64,000 nt of DNA from Escherichia phage pEC-M719-6WT.1, in the sequence record OQ845957.1. One strand, written 5' to 3'. The notes under the pieces were generated by a model. That model saw nothing but the letters and a program-made list of their open reading frames with translations, searched no databases and had not been told where the DNA came from. Numbering within the stretch: position 1 is the stretch's first letter; every line of letters starts with the position of its first letter. Both the position numbers and the translations under genes were made by a program. Shown here piece after piece: positions 46,562 through 56,313 of the stretch.

Positions 46562-48089
46562 AACGTCTATCTAAACCCTTCCTAGAATCTTACCAGACAT
46601 TTAGAGCAATAACTCTATAGCTTACTCTATAATCCCTTATCAAATCAACTAAAATATAAGCCCATAACCCCAGAAAGGGGATGGCATTCTAATTGGTATT
46701 GTTACCAATCCCTTAAACGCTCTATAACGCTCTATAACGGCTTATCATCTCAACTTAAGCAATCATATTAACCCGCTCTTAAAAGCCCTTTATAGAGCTT
46801 CCTAGAGCCTTAAAAGAATCTTATAAGGGTGTAAGCTTTATCATCTCGTTAGTCTCTTGTGAATATCTAAACGGGGCTATGAGATAGGACTCTATAGTGG
46901 TTATAAAGTATCGTAAAAGCTAGCCCCCTTAACATTTCTTTAACAAAATCTTAACAATCCCTACATAGTTATGCTTATTAGCAACTTGTTAGCACCTTGT
47001 TAAATCCTTGTTAAGACCATGTTACAACCTTGTTAGACTCTTTGGAGTACCCTTAAAAGCCCCTGTAAAGGGCTATAAAGAGCTATACAGTCAGTTGGGC
47101 TATAGTTACTATGGAGAACCTTAGAAATAGCTGTATAGAGCTATACAGGGCTTTTAAGAGGTATGTTTAGAGAATCACTGAGAGGGATAGGGAGCGATAA
47201 GAGAAGAGATAGTGACCATGTTAATAGACTGTTAAAAAGGTTAAGAACTTATTAGCCACTTGTTAATTATCTTAACAAAATAACTTTTAAATTTAACATG
47301 TTAGCATCTTGTTAGACCCTTGTAAGAACTGTTAAGCTCTTGTTACATCCTTGTTAGTTCTGTTAAGAGACTGTTAAGAACTATCGAGACTTGTTAGAGA
47401 CTTGTTAGAGACTTGTTAGAGTTGTAAAGAAATTGTTAATGATATTTTAAAATTTTGCAAAGGGTATGTTACAAGGCTGTTAAGGGCTACCAAGCAGATA
47501 TACACCCTTTGTAGATATTTTTCAGATTCTCTACAAACCCTAAATAAACACTTGACAACTCTATTTTATAAAAATTTTATAGAACTGAATAACTATCTAT
47601 ACACTATCTTCTATAAAACAGGTAAATACAGGCTTATAAGATACCTTGTTAATACCGTGTTAGACCTTGTAGAATAAGCCTTAGAAGGGAATACCTGTTT
47701 AGTGCTATATAACAGTCTATATAGAGGGTTAGTAGAACCTAGTGAACATCCTATAGAGAGTCACATAGCTTACATAATGGGTTACTGTTAAGTAACACAG
47801 ATAACCTAGAGATTAAGATGGGTATAGGGGCTTCTAAGGGGCTATGAAGAGATGGTTAAGGTGATTGTATAGGTTTGGAAGAGGATTGCTTAGAGGGCTA
47901 TTTAGAAGGGTTATACAGAGAGCTATAGAGACTCACTGTTAAGGGACTAAGATACTATATAGTACTATATAACTATATAGAGAGTAAGGTTAAGTAGGTT
48001 GTTTAGAAGGGCTAGATATTTTATCACATATCATGGTGACCCAAGATGAACGAAGTGAATCCAAATTTTATAAAAATATTTTACTCAAT
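46562..48089. repeat. ORF-free repeat island with phased YTGTTAR motifs, GCTATACAG-type palindromes and a tandem CGCTCTATAA duplication
   Basis: No ORF of 60 aa or more on either strand; tandem 11-bp units at 46985-47040; 12-13 phased units at 47296-47432; bounded by convergent terminators. Confidence 0.75.
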
Positions 48090-48124
48090 AAAAAAGCCCC
48101 TATGAGACAGACTCTATTAGGGGC
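48090..48124 (-). terminator. intrinsic terminator for minus-strand block
   Basis: Hairpin GCCCC..GGGGC with T-run on minus strand (A-run on plus). Confidence 0.5.
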
Positions 48125-48133
48125 TGTATAGTT

Positions 48134-48817
48134 TTACATCACTTCTCGTAACATTACCTGTAGAGAAGTTTTAGTCGTCTGGAAGAAGTGTGTGAATCCA
48201 TTGTGACGTTCTCTTACCTGAAGCATTATCTGGTCACCCTTAATTGGATGTGAACTAATGTGATACTCATTCAGGTTCAAGACTGCACTTCCACCTTCAA
48301 AGATGTGGCTCAGGTACGTAGCATCAATAAACTCTTCTTTATCTGTGACCTTGATACAGATACCTCTGTTAACTCGTTTAGGATTGATATCTTCCATCAC
48401 AAGCATTTGTTGTCCACCAAGAGAAATCATAGTGAACTCTTTACGGTTCTGCTGTTTAACGTACATTTCAAGTTTCTGCAAAGTATCTTTATAGAACGGA
48501 TAAGACTCCTTAACAAAGATACCTTTAAGTTGCTCTTTACCATCTACAAACTCTCTTGAATGTCTCAGTGACATTACAATCTGTTGAAGCTGGTCTCTGC
48601 ATTCCGGTGAAAGATAGTTATCAATATCTTCCAAACTCAGTATCAAGTACTTTCTCTCTAGCTCAAATTGTTTTTCCATATCTATCAAATCCTGAAAACA
48701 TTTCTTAGTGACTTTTGACCACTCTTCAGAAGCAATCTTTTTCTTCCTCTGAAGGGGAATCATATCTTTCAAGTTCATCCAACTCTTCTTGAGAAGGTGA
48801 GCCATAGCTTTCTTCAA
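48134..48817 (-). CDS. hypothetical protein
   Basis: 227 aa ORF. Confidence 0.35.
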   Translation of the reverse strand: MKKAMAHLLKKSWMNLKDMIPLQRKKKIASEEWSKVTKKCFQDLIDMEKQFELERKYLILSLEDIDNYLSPECRDQLQQIVMSLRHSREFVDGKEQLKGIFVKESYPFYKDTLQKLEMYVKQQNRKEFTMISLGGQQMLVMEDINPKRVNRGICIKVTDKEEFIDATYLSHIFEGGSAVLNLNEYHISSHPIKGDQIMLQVRERHNGFTHFFQTTKTSLQVMLREVM

Positions 48818-49013
48818 CGTACAACTTCATAGCGTGGCACACCAAATATATCACCATAATCTCGTATCAAATCTTCTTTAGAAATGATTAAACGATACCC
48901 ACGAAGGTGAGCATAAGATTTGGCATATTGATAGATGACAACTTTTTGGTCTTCTTTCAGATTTAAACTCATTTCCGCTACCTTATAAAGAGGGGCTGTT
49001 ACACCCCTTTAAA

Positions 49014-49250
49014 TCACTCTTCAGTCTTCTTCTCATCAGACTTTTTAGTTTTCTTATCATCTTTCTTAGGCTTCTCTTCAACCTTAGCTTCTGGTTCATT
49101 TTGAGTTGCCTGAATAGCAATGTCCAGAAGTTTTGCCAAGTCTGATTTAATCACCGTAACAGGTTGCTCATTGTAGTAGCTCTTGTCAAGGTGCTCTTTC
49201 AGTTCATTAAGAGAGTTAAAGCCGAATGGCTGGATAGGTGTCTTAATCAT
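49014..49250 (-). CDS. hypothetical protein with Lys/Glu-rich tail
   Basis: 78 aa ORF. Confidence 0.3.
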   Translation of the reverse strand: MIKTPIQPFGFNSLNELKEHLDKSYYNEQPVTVIKSDLAKLLDIAIQATQNEPEAKVEEKPKKDDKKTKKSDEKKTEE

Positions 49251-49324
49251 TCATTACTCCTTATAAGCATCTTTCAAAATTGCCTGATTAATCATCTCTG
49301 CGATTGCATAACGAATACAGATAA

Positions 49325-49831
49325 CTAGAATTTTAGGTTGCATTCTTTACTCACTTCTTCAAATTTCTGTTCATGTTCCAAGGCTTTCTTCCTGTGGAAC
49401 CTCATTCTCAAGTAGGCTGCAATCATACCACCTACAGGAAGCACATACAAGAACCAAATTTCTTCGATTTTGTTTATTGACTGCTTAATAGTCATTTCTT
49501 GACCGTAAAAAGCTGTTATAGCCACTGCACAGACCATGATAAAGAACATTGCCAAGAATACAATCATTCCTGCATAGGCTCTTACGTGCTGTTCTGATAA
49601 AGTCTGCTTGTTCTTTGCATCAATCAGTCCGTTGTAGTCATTTGAAAAGTCCCTGTAGAAAGCTTTCAAGTATTCTCGGCTATAACCTTCAAAACAACCT
49701 GTGCCAAACCAATCATCCCCTCCAAAGTGGGAAATTACACCTGTTTCGCCATTTGCTTTAACAATCTTGATAGAAACGTGGTGCTTAGATTTTGTATGAG
49801 AAATCTGGTCTCTTTCTTCTAACATAATCAT
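49325..49831 (-). CDS. membrane protein (2 predicted TM helices)
   Basis: Hydrophobic segments VFLAMFFIMVCAVAITAF and FLYVLPVGGMIAAYL. Confidence 0.35.
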   Translation of the reverse strand: MIMLEERDQISHTKSKHHVSIKIVKANGETGVISHFGGDDWFGTGCFEGYSREYLKAFYRDFSNDYNGLIDAKNKQTLSEQHVRAYAGMIVFLAMFFIMVCAVAITAFYGQEMTIKQSINKIEEIWFLYVLPVGGMIAAYLRMRFHRKKALEHEQKFEEVSKECNLKF

Positions 49832-50049
49832 TGTTTAATCCTCTCTAAACGTGCATTCCACTCAATGTCAATCATTTTCTTAAAAGTTTTTCCCCTTGGG
49901 GTTACATTTGGAATGCCTTCATCTGCTGTGCAGTAAAGAATATCCCCTCTTGCTGCTTTACCGTAGCACTGTTTGATTTTCTTGGCTCTCCTGTATGACT
50001 CTGCTGCTGCAATCATCCAGTACTCGCCTAAAGTTGTAAACTTTTTCAT
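49828..50049 (-). CDS. hypothetical protein
   Basis: 73 aa ORF. Confidence 0.3.
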   Translation of the reverse strand: MKKFTTLGEYWMIAAAESYRRAKKIKQCYGKAARGDILYCTADEGIPNVTPRGKTFKKMIDIEWNARLERIKQ

Positions 50050-50762
50050 TCGTTCACCATTGCGTTGTAAAACTGTCTTTGAATTTCTTCAGCAATTTGA
50101 TGAGGTGTCAAACCAGCTTTCAGCATCATTCTAACGGTGTATTCAATATCTCCGTGGTTTACTACTCTGTCAGCGATAAAGGCAGCCTCTTTAAACTCTT
50201 CAGCTTTCTTCTTAGCATCTTCACAAGCACCTGTCAATAACGAAGATAACTTCTGTTGAGGCGGTAACCAATAATGATGTGTATTGTTGGAAGCAAATGC
50301 TTTGAAGAATTCTCCAACATGGTCAACAACTCTTGAATCTCCACCTTTTGCATTCAGTTCTGAACTGTAACGTTTTTCATGCTTTGGTAAATCTTCAATC
50401 TGAAGAATCTTATGTGTAGGTTCAATAGTCACGTCTACAGAACGAATCTTTGGAGTTGTCTGAGATTCTTCGTGACGAATGAACAGAATGTCTTTAAACT
50501 GACCTGTGAACTGACCACTTGAGTACTCATCAGTAGAGTAGATAATCCCTGCGTGTAACACTCCGAGAGTACCTTGTGGGTTATGTCGATAGTCTTTAAA
50601 CATCAGTCTCTTAAGTGGTCTGAAAAAGATACGTCCAGATTCTGCTACGTGCGTAATCTCAGCCTGAGTAGACTCTTGACCATTATAACGGTTTCCTAAA
50701 GAAACCTGAATAGTAATCTTGTCACCAGCTTTTGGTTTAGTGTTCATTTTCTTTCCTCGCAT
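50046..50762 (-). CDS. hypothetical protein
   Basis: 238 aa ORF. Confidence 0.35.
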   Translation of the reverse strand: MRGKKMNTKPKAGDKITIQVSLGNRYNGQESTQAEITHVAESGRIFFRPLKRLMFKDYRHNPQGTLGVLHAGIIYSTDEYSSGQFTGQFKDILFIRHEESQTTPKIRSVDVTIEPTHKILQIEDLPKHEKRYSSELNAKGGDSRVVDHVGEFFKAFASNNTHHYWLPPQQKLSSLLTGACEDAKKKAEEFKEAAFIADRVVNHGDIEYTVRMMLKAGLTPHQIAEEIQRQFYNAMVNE

Positions 50763-50820
50763 ATGAAAAAGGGAACTACCTTTCGATAGCTCCCATGTTA
50801 TACGTTTTTATGTATCACTG

Positions 50821-51423
50821 TCAAGTGTGTTTTTTAGGCAGTAATGCACTTCTTTTATCCCTGACATTATCAAGAATACCAATAAAGGTATCTTTAGCAC
50901 CCTTCCAAGGGCTGAAGTCTGGGATGTGCTCTCGAATTCCTTCAATAACAACCTTCAAAGCATTGTTCTTCATCCACCAATCAGGACTTGAAGCAGACAT
51001 GACATAGAACTGCTTATCATCTGTCAAAATAGGTTCTTTAGTCATTGGTGAGATGTAAGTTGTAACAACTGCACCACTATTCATGTAGTAAGTACGTTTT
51101 GTAACCTTGCTCAATGTTTTGTGCAGGTCTGCAAACAGTGTCACAACATCTTTGTGGTCAATGTCTTTTTCAAGGTCAACACGATACTTCAATAGAGCCT
51201 CATCAACCTCTTTATCGGTAAACTTGAAGTACTGTACCTCATCAACAAGGCAAACAGATACGTTGTTTACGTTAAAGGTTTGTTTAACAACCTTTGCAGG
51301 TGACGTTATAGTTGGCTGAAAAGCTGCAATCAGACCTTCAATGTTTCCGTAGAAACTTACAAGCTGAACTTGAGGCTGTTGAATGTACTCATCAGGGGCA
51401 TTTTTATTTTCTATTTCTGACAT
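50821..51423 (-). CDS. hypothetical protein
   Basis: 200 aa ORF. Confidence 0.35.
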   Translation of the reverse strand: MSEIENKNAPDEYIQQPQVQLVSFYGNIEGLIAAFQPTITSPAKVVKQTFNVNNVSVCLVDEVQYFKFTDKEVDEALLKYRVDLEKDIDHKDVVTLFADLHKTLSKVTKRTYYMNSGAVVTTYISPMTKEPILTDDKQFYVMSASSPDWWMKNNALKVVIEGIREHIPDFSPWKGAKDTFIGILDNVRDKRSALLPKKHT

Positions 51424-51424
51424 G

Positions 51425-51769
51425 TTACAATTTCCTTACAAGATATTTCTTAAGTGGGGTGTTAGGCTTTTCGAAGACCTCCAGAGAATCTATCTTAATA
51501 TGTTCACCTCTCATTCCTGTGGTTTGGTAGATGTAATATTCAAGCATACCAACCTGTTTAGCTGGTAGGTCATGTTTTACAAAAACAACAACTTTATCTC
51601 TGGATTTATAGATGATTGTGCCATCTTTGAAACTTAGCTTCTTAGGTCTCTCATAATCACCTAGCTCACACATGATGAAGAGTTTTGACAGACAGTTGTC
51701 AATTTGTGAAGTCAAAGCTTCTGGGATATCTGCAAAACTCTTGTAAACGACCACATGCAACTTAATCAT
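51425..51769 (-). CDS. hypothetical protein
   Basis: Start set at internal Met (MIKLHVVVYK) to give 8-nt overlap with upstream gene. Confidence 0.3.
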   Translation of the reverse strand: MIKLHVVVYKSFADIPEALTSQIDNCLSKLFIMCELGDYERPKKLSFKDGTIIYKSRDKVVVFVKHDLPAKQVGMLEYYIYQTTGMRGEHIKIDSLEVFEKPNTPLKKYLVRKL

Positions 51770-52055
51770 CGCGGTATTCCCTGACGAAGAAGTAGTTAAC
51801 CTTGTTGCCACCAACTAAAAGGTTAAAGCAGGTGTTTTCAAACTTGACGTTTGCTGCATCGTATGTGTTATACGGGTCTGCAACCTGCTCTGTTGAGACT
51901 TTCTTATTTTGGGGATTCAAGAGGCCACCATAAAGTTTCTTGATAGACTCTGAAACAACTTCCCAAATCATCTCATCAGTAATTTCTTCGAACAGGTCAA
52001 ATTCACGTTCAAGACGAAAGTCACAAATCGGGAATACAACCTGTATCTTACTCAT
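51762..52055 (-). CDS. hypothetical protein
   Basis: 97 aa ORF. Confidence 0.3.
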   Translation of the reverse strand: MSKIQVVFPICDFRLEREFDLFEEITDEMIWEVVSESIKKLYGGLLNPQNKKVSTEQVADPYNTYDAANVKFENTCFNLLVGGNKVNYFFVREYRDD

Positions 52056-52441
52056 TAGCGGATTACCTGAGATACCTGAATAGCTTCTGTTACAGAAATG
52101 TCACCGACCTTTTCTTCAGTAATAAAAGTGAAGGTAACAAGAGCTTCTTCAGCTTTTTCTTCTTCAAGTGGTACTCCGTTCAGTTCGTCACGGATAGATT
52201 GTGTAGTCCAATCTTCCTGACCGTCTGGGTAATGGATTGCATACAGAGGGAAGTCTGTACCATACCAACCAAATACCGGACAACCATCTTCATCATCACG
52301 AGTGTGTGAAAGAATGCTTCCAGACACTTCAAAACGAAGGCGTAGATTACCTTGATATTGATAGATGACAGCATCTGCCAGATTGTGTGTGTCATGACCA
52401 TGACGTGAAGTATCAACTTTTACATGAATCTCTTTATTCAT
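52055..52441 (-). CDS. hypothetical protein
   Basis: Start set at internal Met (MNKEIHV) after GAGAGG RBS. Confidence 0.3.
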   Translation of the reverse strand: MNKEIHVKVDTSRHGHDTHNLADAVIYQYQGNLRLRFEVSGSILSHTRDDEDGCPVFGWYGTDFPLYAIHYPDGQEDWTTQSIRDELNGVPLEEEKAEEALVTFTFITEEKVGDISVTEAIQVSQVIR

Positions 52442-52832
52442 AATAACCTCTCTCAGCTTTCTCAATTTTGTCCAGAAGTTTGATGCACTGGTTGTTGTGA
52501 TAAGTTGCCTCACGGTTGTGCATCTCTTTCTGTCTCTCAAGTAGAGTTTTATAGTAACCTGCTAACTGCTCTCTTGTCAAGGGTTGCTCTGAAATAATAT
52601 CTAAAGAACTTTCTCCAAGTGAGCAAAACATACCGTCATCGTTGACTTCATAGAGTTCATTTGTAAAGAAACCCTTGTTAGCCATCGTGATAGGTGAACG
52701 ATTGATAACCTCAATGATAAACTTGGTAACAACCTTCTCACCATAAGTGATTAGCTTGCTTCCATAGATACGTACCTTCATACCACCTCTCGTGTACTTG
52801 AAAGTCCCAACATCACTAGCCCAAATCTTCAT
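52434..52832 (-). CDS. hypothetical protein
   Basis: 132 aa ORF. Confidence 0.3.
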   Translation of the reverse strand: MKIWASDVGTFKYTRGGMKVRIYGSKLITYGEKVVTKFIIEVINRSPITMANKGFFTNELYEVNDDGMFCSLGESSLDIISEQPLTREQLAGYYKTLLERQKEMHNREATYHNNQCIKLLDKIEKAERGYYE

Positions 52833-52849
52833 AACTTTTCTCCATAGAA

Positions 52850-52880
52850 ATAAAAAAAAAAAGGCTCCCGAAGGAGCCTC
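52850..52880 (-). terminator. intrinsic terminator downstream of endolysin gene
   Basis: GGCTCC-TTCG-GGAGCC hairpin with long T-run on minus strand. Confidence 0.55.
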
Positions 52881-52888
52881 TGAATATA

Positions 52889-53353
52889 TTACTTTGGATA
52901 TACAGCGTCAAGATAAATTTTTGCTTCCATTCTACGTCTGTTTGTCAGACCCTTAGAAGGTACTTTCTTACCTTTGACCGTAATCTTGTTCCACCATTGC
53001 ATAGCTTCTGCACATCCAACTTTATCTCCAGCATTATGACGCTTGATAAATGTTGAGGTTTGCATAGCTGCAATACCAATGTTATAAGTCTCAATGACAA
53101 GAGCATCAAACTCATTCTGTGTAGTAGGAACTTTAATCGCTCTTGCTACAGCACCAATGTAGTTTTCAACATCTGCCAGAAGATACTGTTCAGCTTGTTC
53201 AGCAGTAATCTTCATACCCATAGTTACTGGTTTTCCGTGGATACGGATTGTACCATACCCGATTGTAGGAATCCCAGCGGAGTCTGGATATGCTTCTAGC
53301 TCAAGCCCTTCAAAGAACTTGATAGCATCAAGACCTTTCTGTGAGAGCCTCAT
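52889..53353 (-). CDS. endolysin, lysozyme-like
   Basis: 154 aa; FEGLELEAYPDSAGIPTIGYG resembles catalytic region of T4/lambda-type phage lysozymes. Confidence 0.65.
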   Translation of the reverse strand: MRLSQKGLDAIKFFEGLELEAYPDSAGIPTIGYGTIRIHGKPVTMGMKITAEQAEQYLLADVENYIGAVARAIKVPTTQNEFDALVIETYNIGIAAMQTSTFIKRHNAGDKVGCAEAMQWWNKITVKGKKVPSKGLTNRRRMEAKIYLDAVYPK

Positions 53354-54240
53354 TATTCACCTCCAACTACATTAACGACAACTGTTGCGGTATTTGAAGT
53401 AACACTTCCACCAGCACCAGTTACAACACATGTGTAAGCTCCTGCATCATCAGCAGTTGTTGCATTTTCTTTAGTATACGTTGCAGATGTAGCAGAAGGG
53501 ATGTTCACATTGTCTTTCTTCCACTGGTAACCAGTTGCACCAGTAGCTGTGATACTCAGGTTAAGAGTTTCACCTTCGTTGATAGTCTGATTAGTTGGTT
53601 GGACAGTGATTACAGGTAGTGCATTTACAGTTACTGTAGCTGCATCAGAAGTTACACTTGAGCCACCTTCACCGGAAACTACACAGGTGTATGAACCAGC
53701 ATCATCAGGAACTACAGAGTTTTTTGTGTAGGTTGCAGAAGTTGCACCGGAGATGTTAGAAGCACCCTTCTTCCACTGGTAACCAGTAGCATTTGAAGCA
53801 ACAACCTGTAGAGTCAGGGTATCACCTTCATTAACCGTCTGGTCAGTTGGCTGTGTAGTAATTGTTGGAGGCACTACAGCATCTTTCAACTTAGCATTCA
53901 GCATAGAGAAAGGTTTAACTCTTGCAAGCCATTCACAGTAAACGGTGTCAACATCTTTACCATTGATAATTGCATATTGCAAATCCATGAAGAAGTCAGC
54001 AGTCCTCATCTGTGAGCCAATTGCATATAGCAACTCTTCATTAAATGGAACGTCATAGTCTGGAACGTATGTGAAGTTTGTCACTTCAGCAATATCAGCT
54101 TCAGGCCAAGGTGAACTGTATGTGAGTGGCAATACAGCAGCTTGGTAAGTTCTGAAGTCATATCTTTTACCAGCTTTAACATTCGCAATAAAAACTTTCA
54201 CGAATTCTTTAAAGTCTGGATATGTTTTTGCTTTAATCAT
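53353..54240 (-). CDS. protein with two Ig-like domains and N-terminal domain paralogous to upstream gene
   Basis: Two repeats containing GYQWKK...ATYTK...DAGxYTCVV (Ig I-set-like); N-terminal ~110 aa aligns with ORF 54237-54605. Confidence 0.45.
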   Translation of the reverse strand: MIKAKTYPDFKEFVKVFIANVKAGKRYDFRTYQAAVLPLTYSSPWPEADIAEVTNFTYVPDYDVPFNEELLYAIGSQMRTADFFMDLQYAIINGKDVDTVYCEWLARVKPFSMLNAKLKDAVVPPTITTQPTDQTVNEGDTLTLQVVASNATGYQWKKGASNISGATSATYTKNSVVPDDAGSYTCVVSGEGGSSVTSDAATVTVNALPVITVQPTNQTINEGETLNLSITATGATGYQWKKDNVNIPSATSATYTKENATTADDAGAYTCVVTGAGGSVTSNTATVVVNVVGGE

Positions 54241-54605
54241 TTATTAGCCTCTAATCTAGCATTTAATCTAAAATAACCTCTGTGGCGAGGGGAAGCATCA
54301 CCAACCACAATGCCACCAATCTTATAACCTTTCCCCATGACGTATTGAATATCCATTAAGAAAGTCCCAAGGCCAACAATGTGAAACATTGGGTAAAGTA
54401 ATTCTTCAGAATCTGGTAAGTCAATTACAGGGGTATAATTAAAGGTGTTTAGAGTGGGGTTGATATCTTCTTCAGGCCATTGGCTATCACGCCATGTTAA
54501 GGGTGTTGGAAGTACATCATCAAGATTATACCTTTCACCTTTTTGAACACTTTGAACATAAGATTGTAGGAAGCAGTAAAAGTCCTTTCCACTCTTTGCT
54601 TTCAT
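54237..54605 (-). CDS. hypothetical protein, paralog of N-terminal domain of downstream Ig-like protein
   Basis: Shared blocks (PDSEELLYP/PFNEELLYA, FLMDIQYVMGKG/FFMDLQYAIINGK). Confidence 0.35.
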   Translation of the reverse strand: MKAKSGKDFYCFLQSYVQSVQKGERYNLDDVLPTPLTWRDSQWPEEDINPTLNTFNYTPVIDLPDSEELLYPMFHIVGLGTFLMDIQYVMGKGYKIGGIVVGDASPRHRGYFRLNARLEANK

Positions 54606-54648
54606 TATCTTTCCTTAACAAAGAAAAGGGGCTTTCACCCCAAATCAC

Positions 54649-55239
54649 TTAAGCCATAGTCTTAAGCATGTTTTTAAGTTTTTTGAGATTCATAGCCTCA
54701 TCTAACTCAAATCCAAATCCATTGACATACTCAATGAAATCAGATTTCTTACTCAGAGAGAGTGCATAACTCATATCAAAGTCATTACTAGGAGTTGACT
54801 CTGGAGAAGTGTTCACATCGAAAGAAATCTCAGTGGCTGTTGATTCTTCATCTCTCATGTTATCAATTACAACACATGTATAGTTGGCTGGAGAGAAGTT
54901 TGTTGAACCTTCCACATAGCTATACTTTTCGTTGTGAATAAGGTTTGAGAATACCTTGAAGAAAGTTTCAGAATCGTGGCAGACGAGTTTAAATTCACTC
55001 TTTCCACCAAGAGCCATAAGTGAATATGGGTTTTCACCATCAATGTTATAAGCAGGGTTCATACACTGAACTGTCACACGCATGAGGTTGTTTGTGATAG
55101 TCTTCTGTTTAAAAGAATTAGGAACGTAGTGCATACCTCTTCCACACTGATTAACTAATTCTTTTAGAAGGTCATCGGAGTATGGCGAAGTGATAGATAC
55201 AGACCCATCACCATTATAATTAAAACTTACATTTAACAT
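54649..55239 (-). CDS. hypothetical protein
   Basis: 196 aa ORF. Confidence 0.3.
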   Translation of the reverse strand: MLNVSFNYNGDGSVSITSPYSDDLLKELVNQCGRGMHYVPNSFKQKTITNNLMRVTVQCMNPAYNIDGENPYSLMALGGKSEFKLVCHDSETFFKVFSNLIHNEKYSYVEGSTNFSPANYTCVVIDNMRDEESTATEISFDVNTSPESTPSNDFDMSYALSLSKKSDFIEYVNGFGFELDEAMNLKKLKNMLKTMA

Positions 55240-55466
55240 TTGTTAGTTCTCCTACGATTAATAATTTTGCTGCAATAGAGAAATGAAGCAAATTCACTGG
55301 AAGAAACCATTAAAACTTGTTCACTAGATTGAGCTACAGCCCTGAAGTAAATTGCTGTCAAAGCATCATAGTGTTTATTCTTTCCTACTGAAGTGAAATA
55401 TCCATGACTCTTTGCAGTTTGATACAAATCTATAATATCTGTGATTTCTAATTGGGAGCTACACAT
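55233..55466 (-). CDS. hypothetical protein
   Basis: 77 aa ORF. Confidence 0.3.
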   Translation of the reverse strand: MCSSQLEITDIIDLYQTAKSHGYFTSVGKNKHYDALTAIYFRAVAQSSEQVLMVSSSEFASFLYCSKIINRRRTNKC

Positions 55467-55675
55467 AATAAATCCTCTTGTCTTCTATAATTCTGGAAGT
55501 ACAGGTACAAACCAATTTCAGAGGACGAATAGTGGATTGCTTCCACACGTTTTGATTCCTTACAGTGATTGGTATTATTACCTTTCTTCTTTTTGGTAGT
55601 TTTTCTCATTAAGTCTCCTTTGTAGAAAGGCAGACCTACAGCTTTAGTAAGATGGTACAGTAATCCATACAACAA
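55448..55675 (-). CDS. hypothetical basic protein
   Basis: 75 aa ORF. Confidence 0.3.
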   Translation of the reverse strand: MLYGLLYHLTKAVGLPFYKGDLMRKTTKKKKGNNTNHCKESKRVEAIHYSSSEIGLYLYFQNYRRQEDLLCVAPN

Positions 55676-55706
55676 GTCAAGAAAAATTACAATATCAAAA
55701 TTTTAC

Positions 55707-55735
55707 TTGACAAACCTCTTGACAAGGTGTAAGTT
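55707..55735 (+). promoter_or_regulatory. sigma70-like promoter (TTGACA-N17-TAAGTT), second TTGACA 12 bp downstream
   Basis: Divergent intergenic region. Confidence 0.35.
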
Positions 55736-55858
55736 AATAAAACACTTAGAAGATAACTTAAAAGACTCTTCTAAAAAGGCTATTTAAACAGATATCTTTC
55801 TGGATATCTATCTCTTATCTTAAAAGCCTTTTAAGAAGTCTTCATAGTAGGAGTCCCA

Positions 55859-56233
55859 ATGACCAAAAGAACAAACAAAGGCCAATTCAAAAAAGGCCAA
55901 TCTGGTAACCCATCAGGGAGACCAAAAGGTTCCCGTAACAAGAGTTCTCTTGTAAAAGCCCAATTAACCATTGACAACTCAGCAGAGTTTGCTGCAAAGT
56001 TGTTTGAAGCAATCGTCACCAGAGACCCTGTAAAGCTTGCAGAGTTTGGTCTTTCACCAAATGATGTTCAGCTAAAATCCATGATGGAGGCTGGTAAGGT
56101 CATCATGACCCACTCAGCAGGTGAGATGAAAGCTATTGCGGTTGATAACAAGAAGAACCCTGATAATGTCGGGGGTAATACTCCACAGGAGAATAAACCA
56201 ACGTTCTCTCCAGTGGCAGCGATTAAAAGATAA
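55859..56233 (+). CDS. hypothetical basic protein
   Basis: N-terminal KGQSGNPSGRPKGSRNK motif; 124 aa. Confidence 0.3.
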   Translation: MTKRTNKGQFKKGQSGNPSGRPKGSRNKSSLVKAQLTIDNSAEFAAKLFEAIVTRDPVKLAEFGLSPNDVQLKSMMEAGKVIMTHSAGEMKAIAVDNKKNPDNVGGNTPQENKPTFSPVAAIKR

Positions 56234-56245
56234 TTTAAAAAGGTG

Positions 56246-56274
56246 TTGACAGACTTTACTTGTTACTTTAGAGT
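56246..56274 (+). promoter_or_regulatory. sigma70-like promoter (TTGACA-N17-TAGAGT) embedded in 8-bp inverted repeat GACAGACT/AGTCTGTC
   Basis: Consensus hexamers; palindrome arms at 56248-56255 and 56272-56279. Confidence 0.55.
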
Positions 56275-56313
56275 CTGTCACATCAAACAACAAATGAGAG
56301 AAGAGAGATAAAC

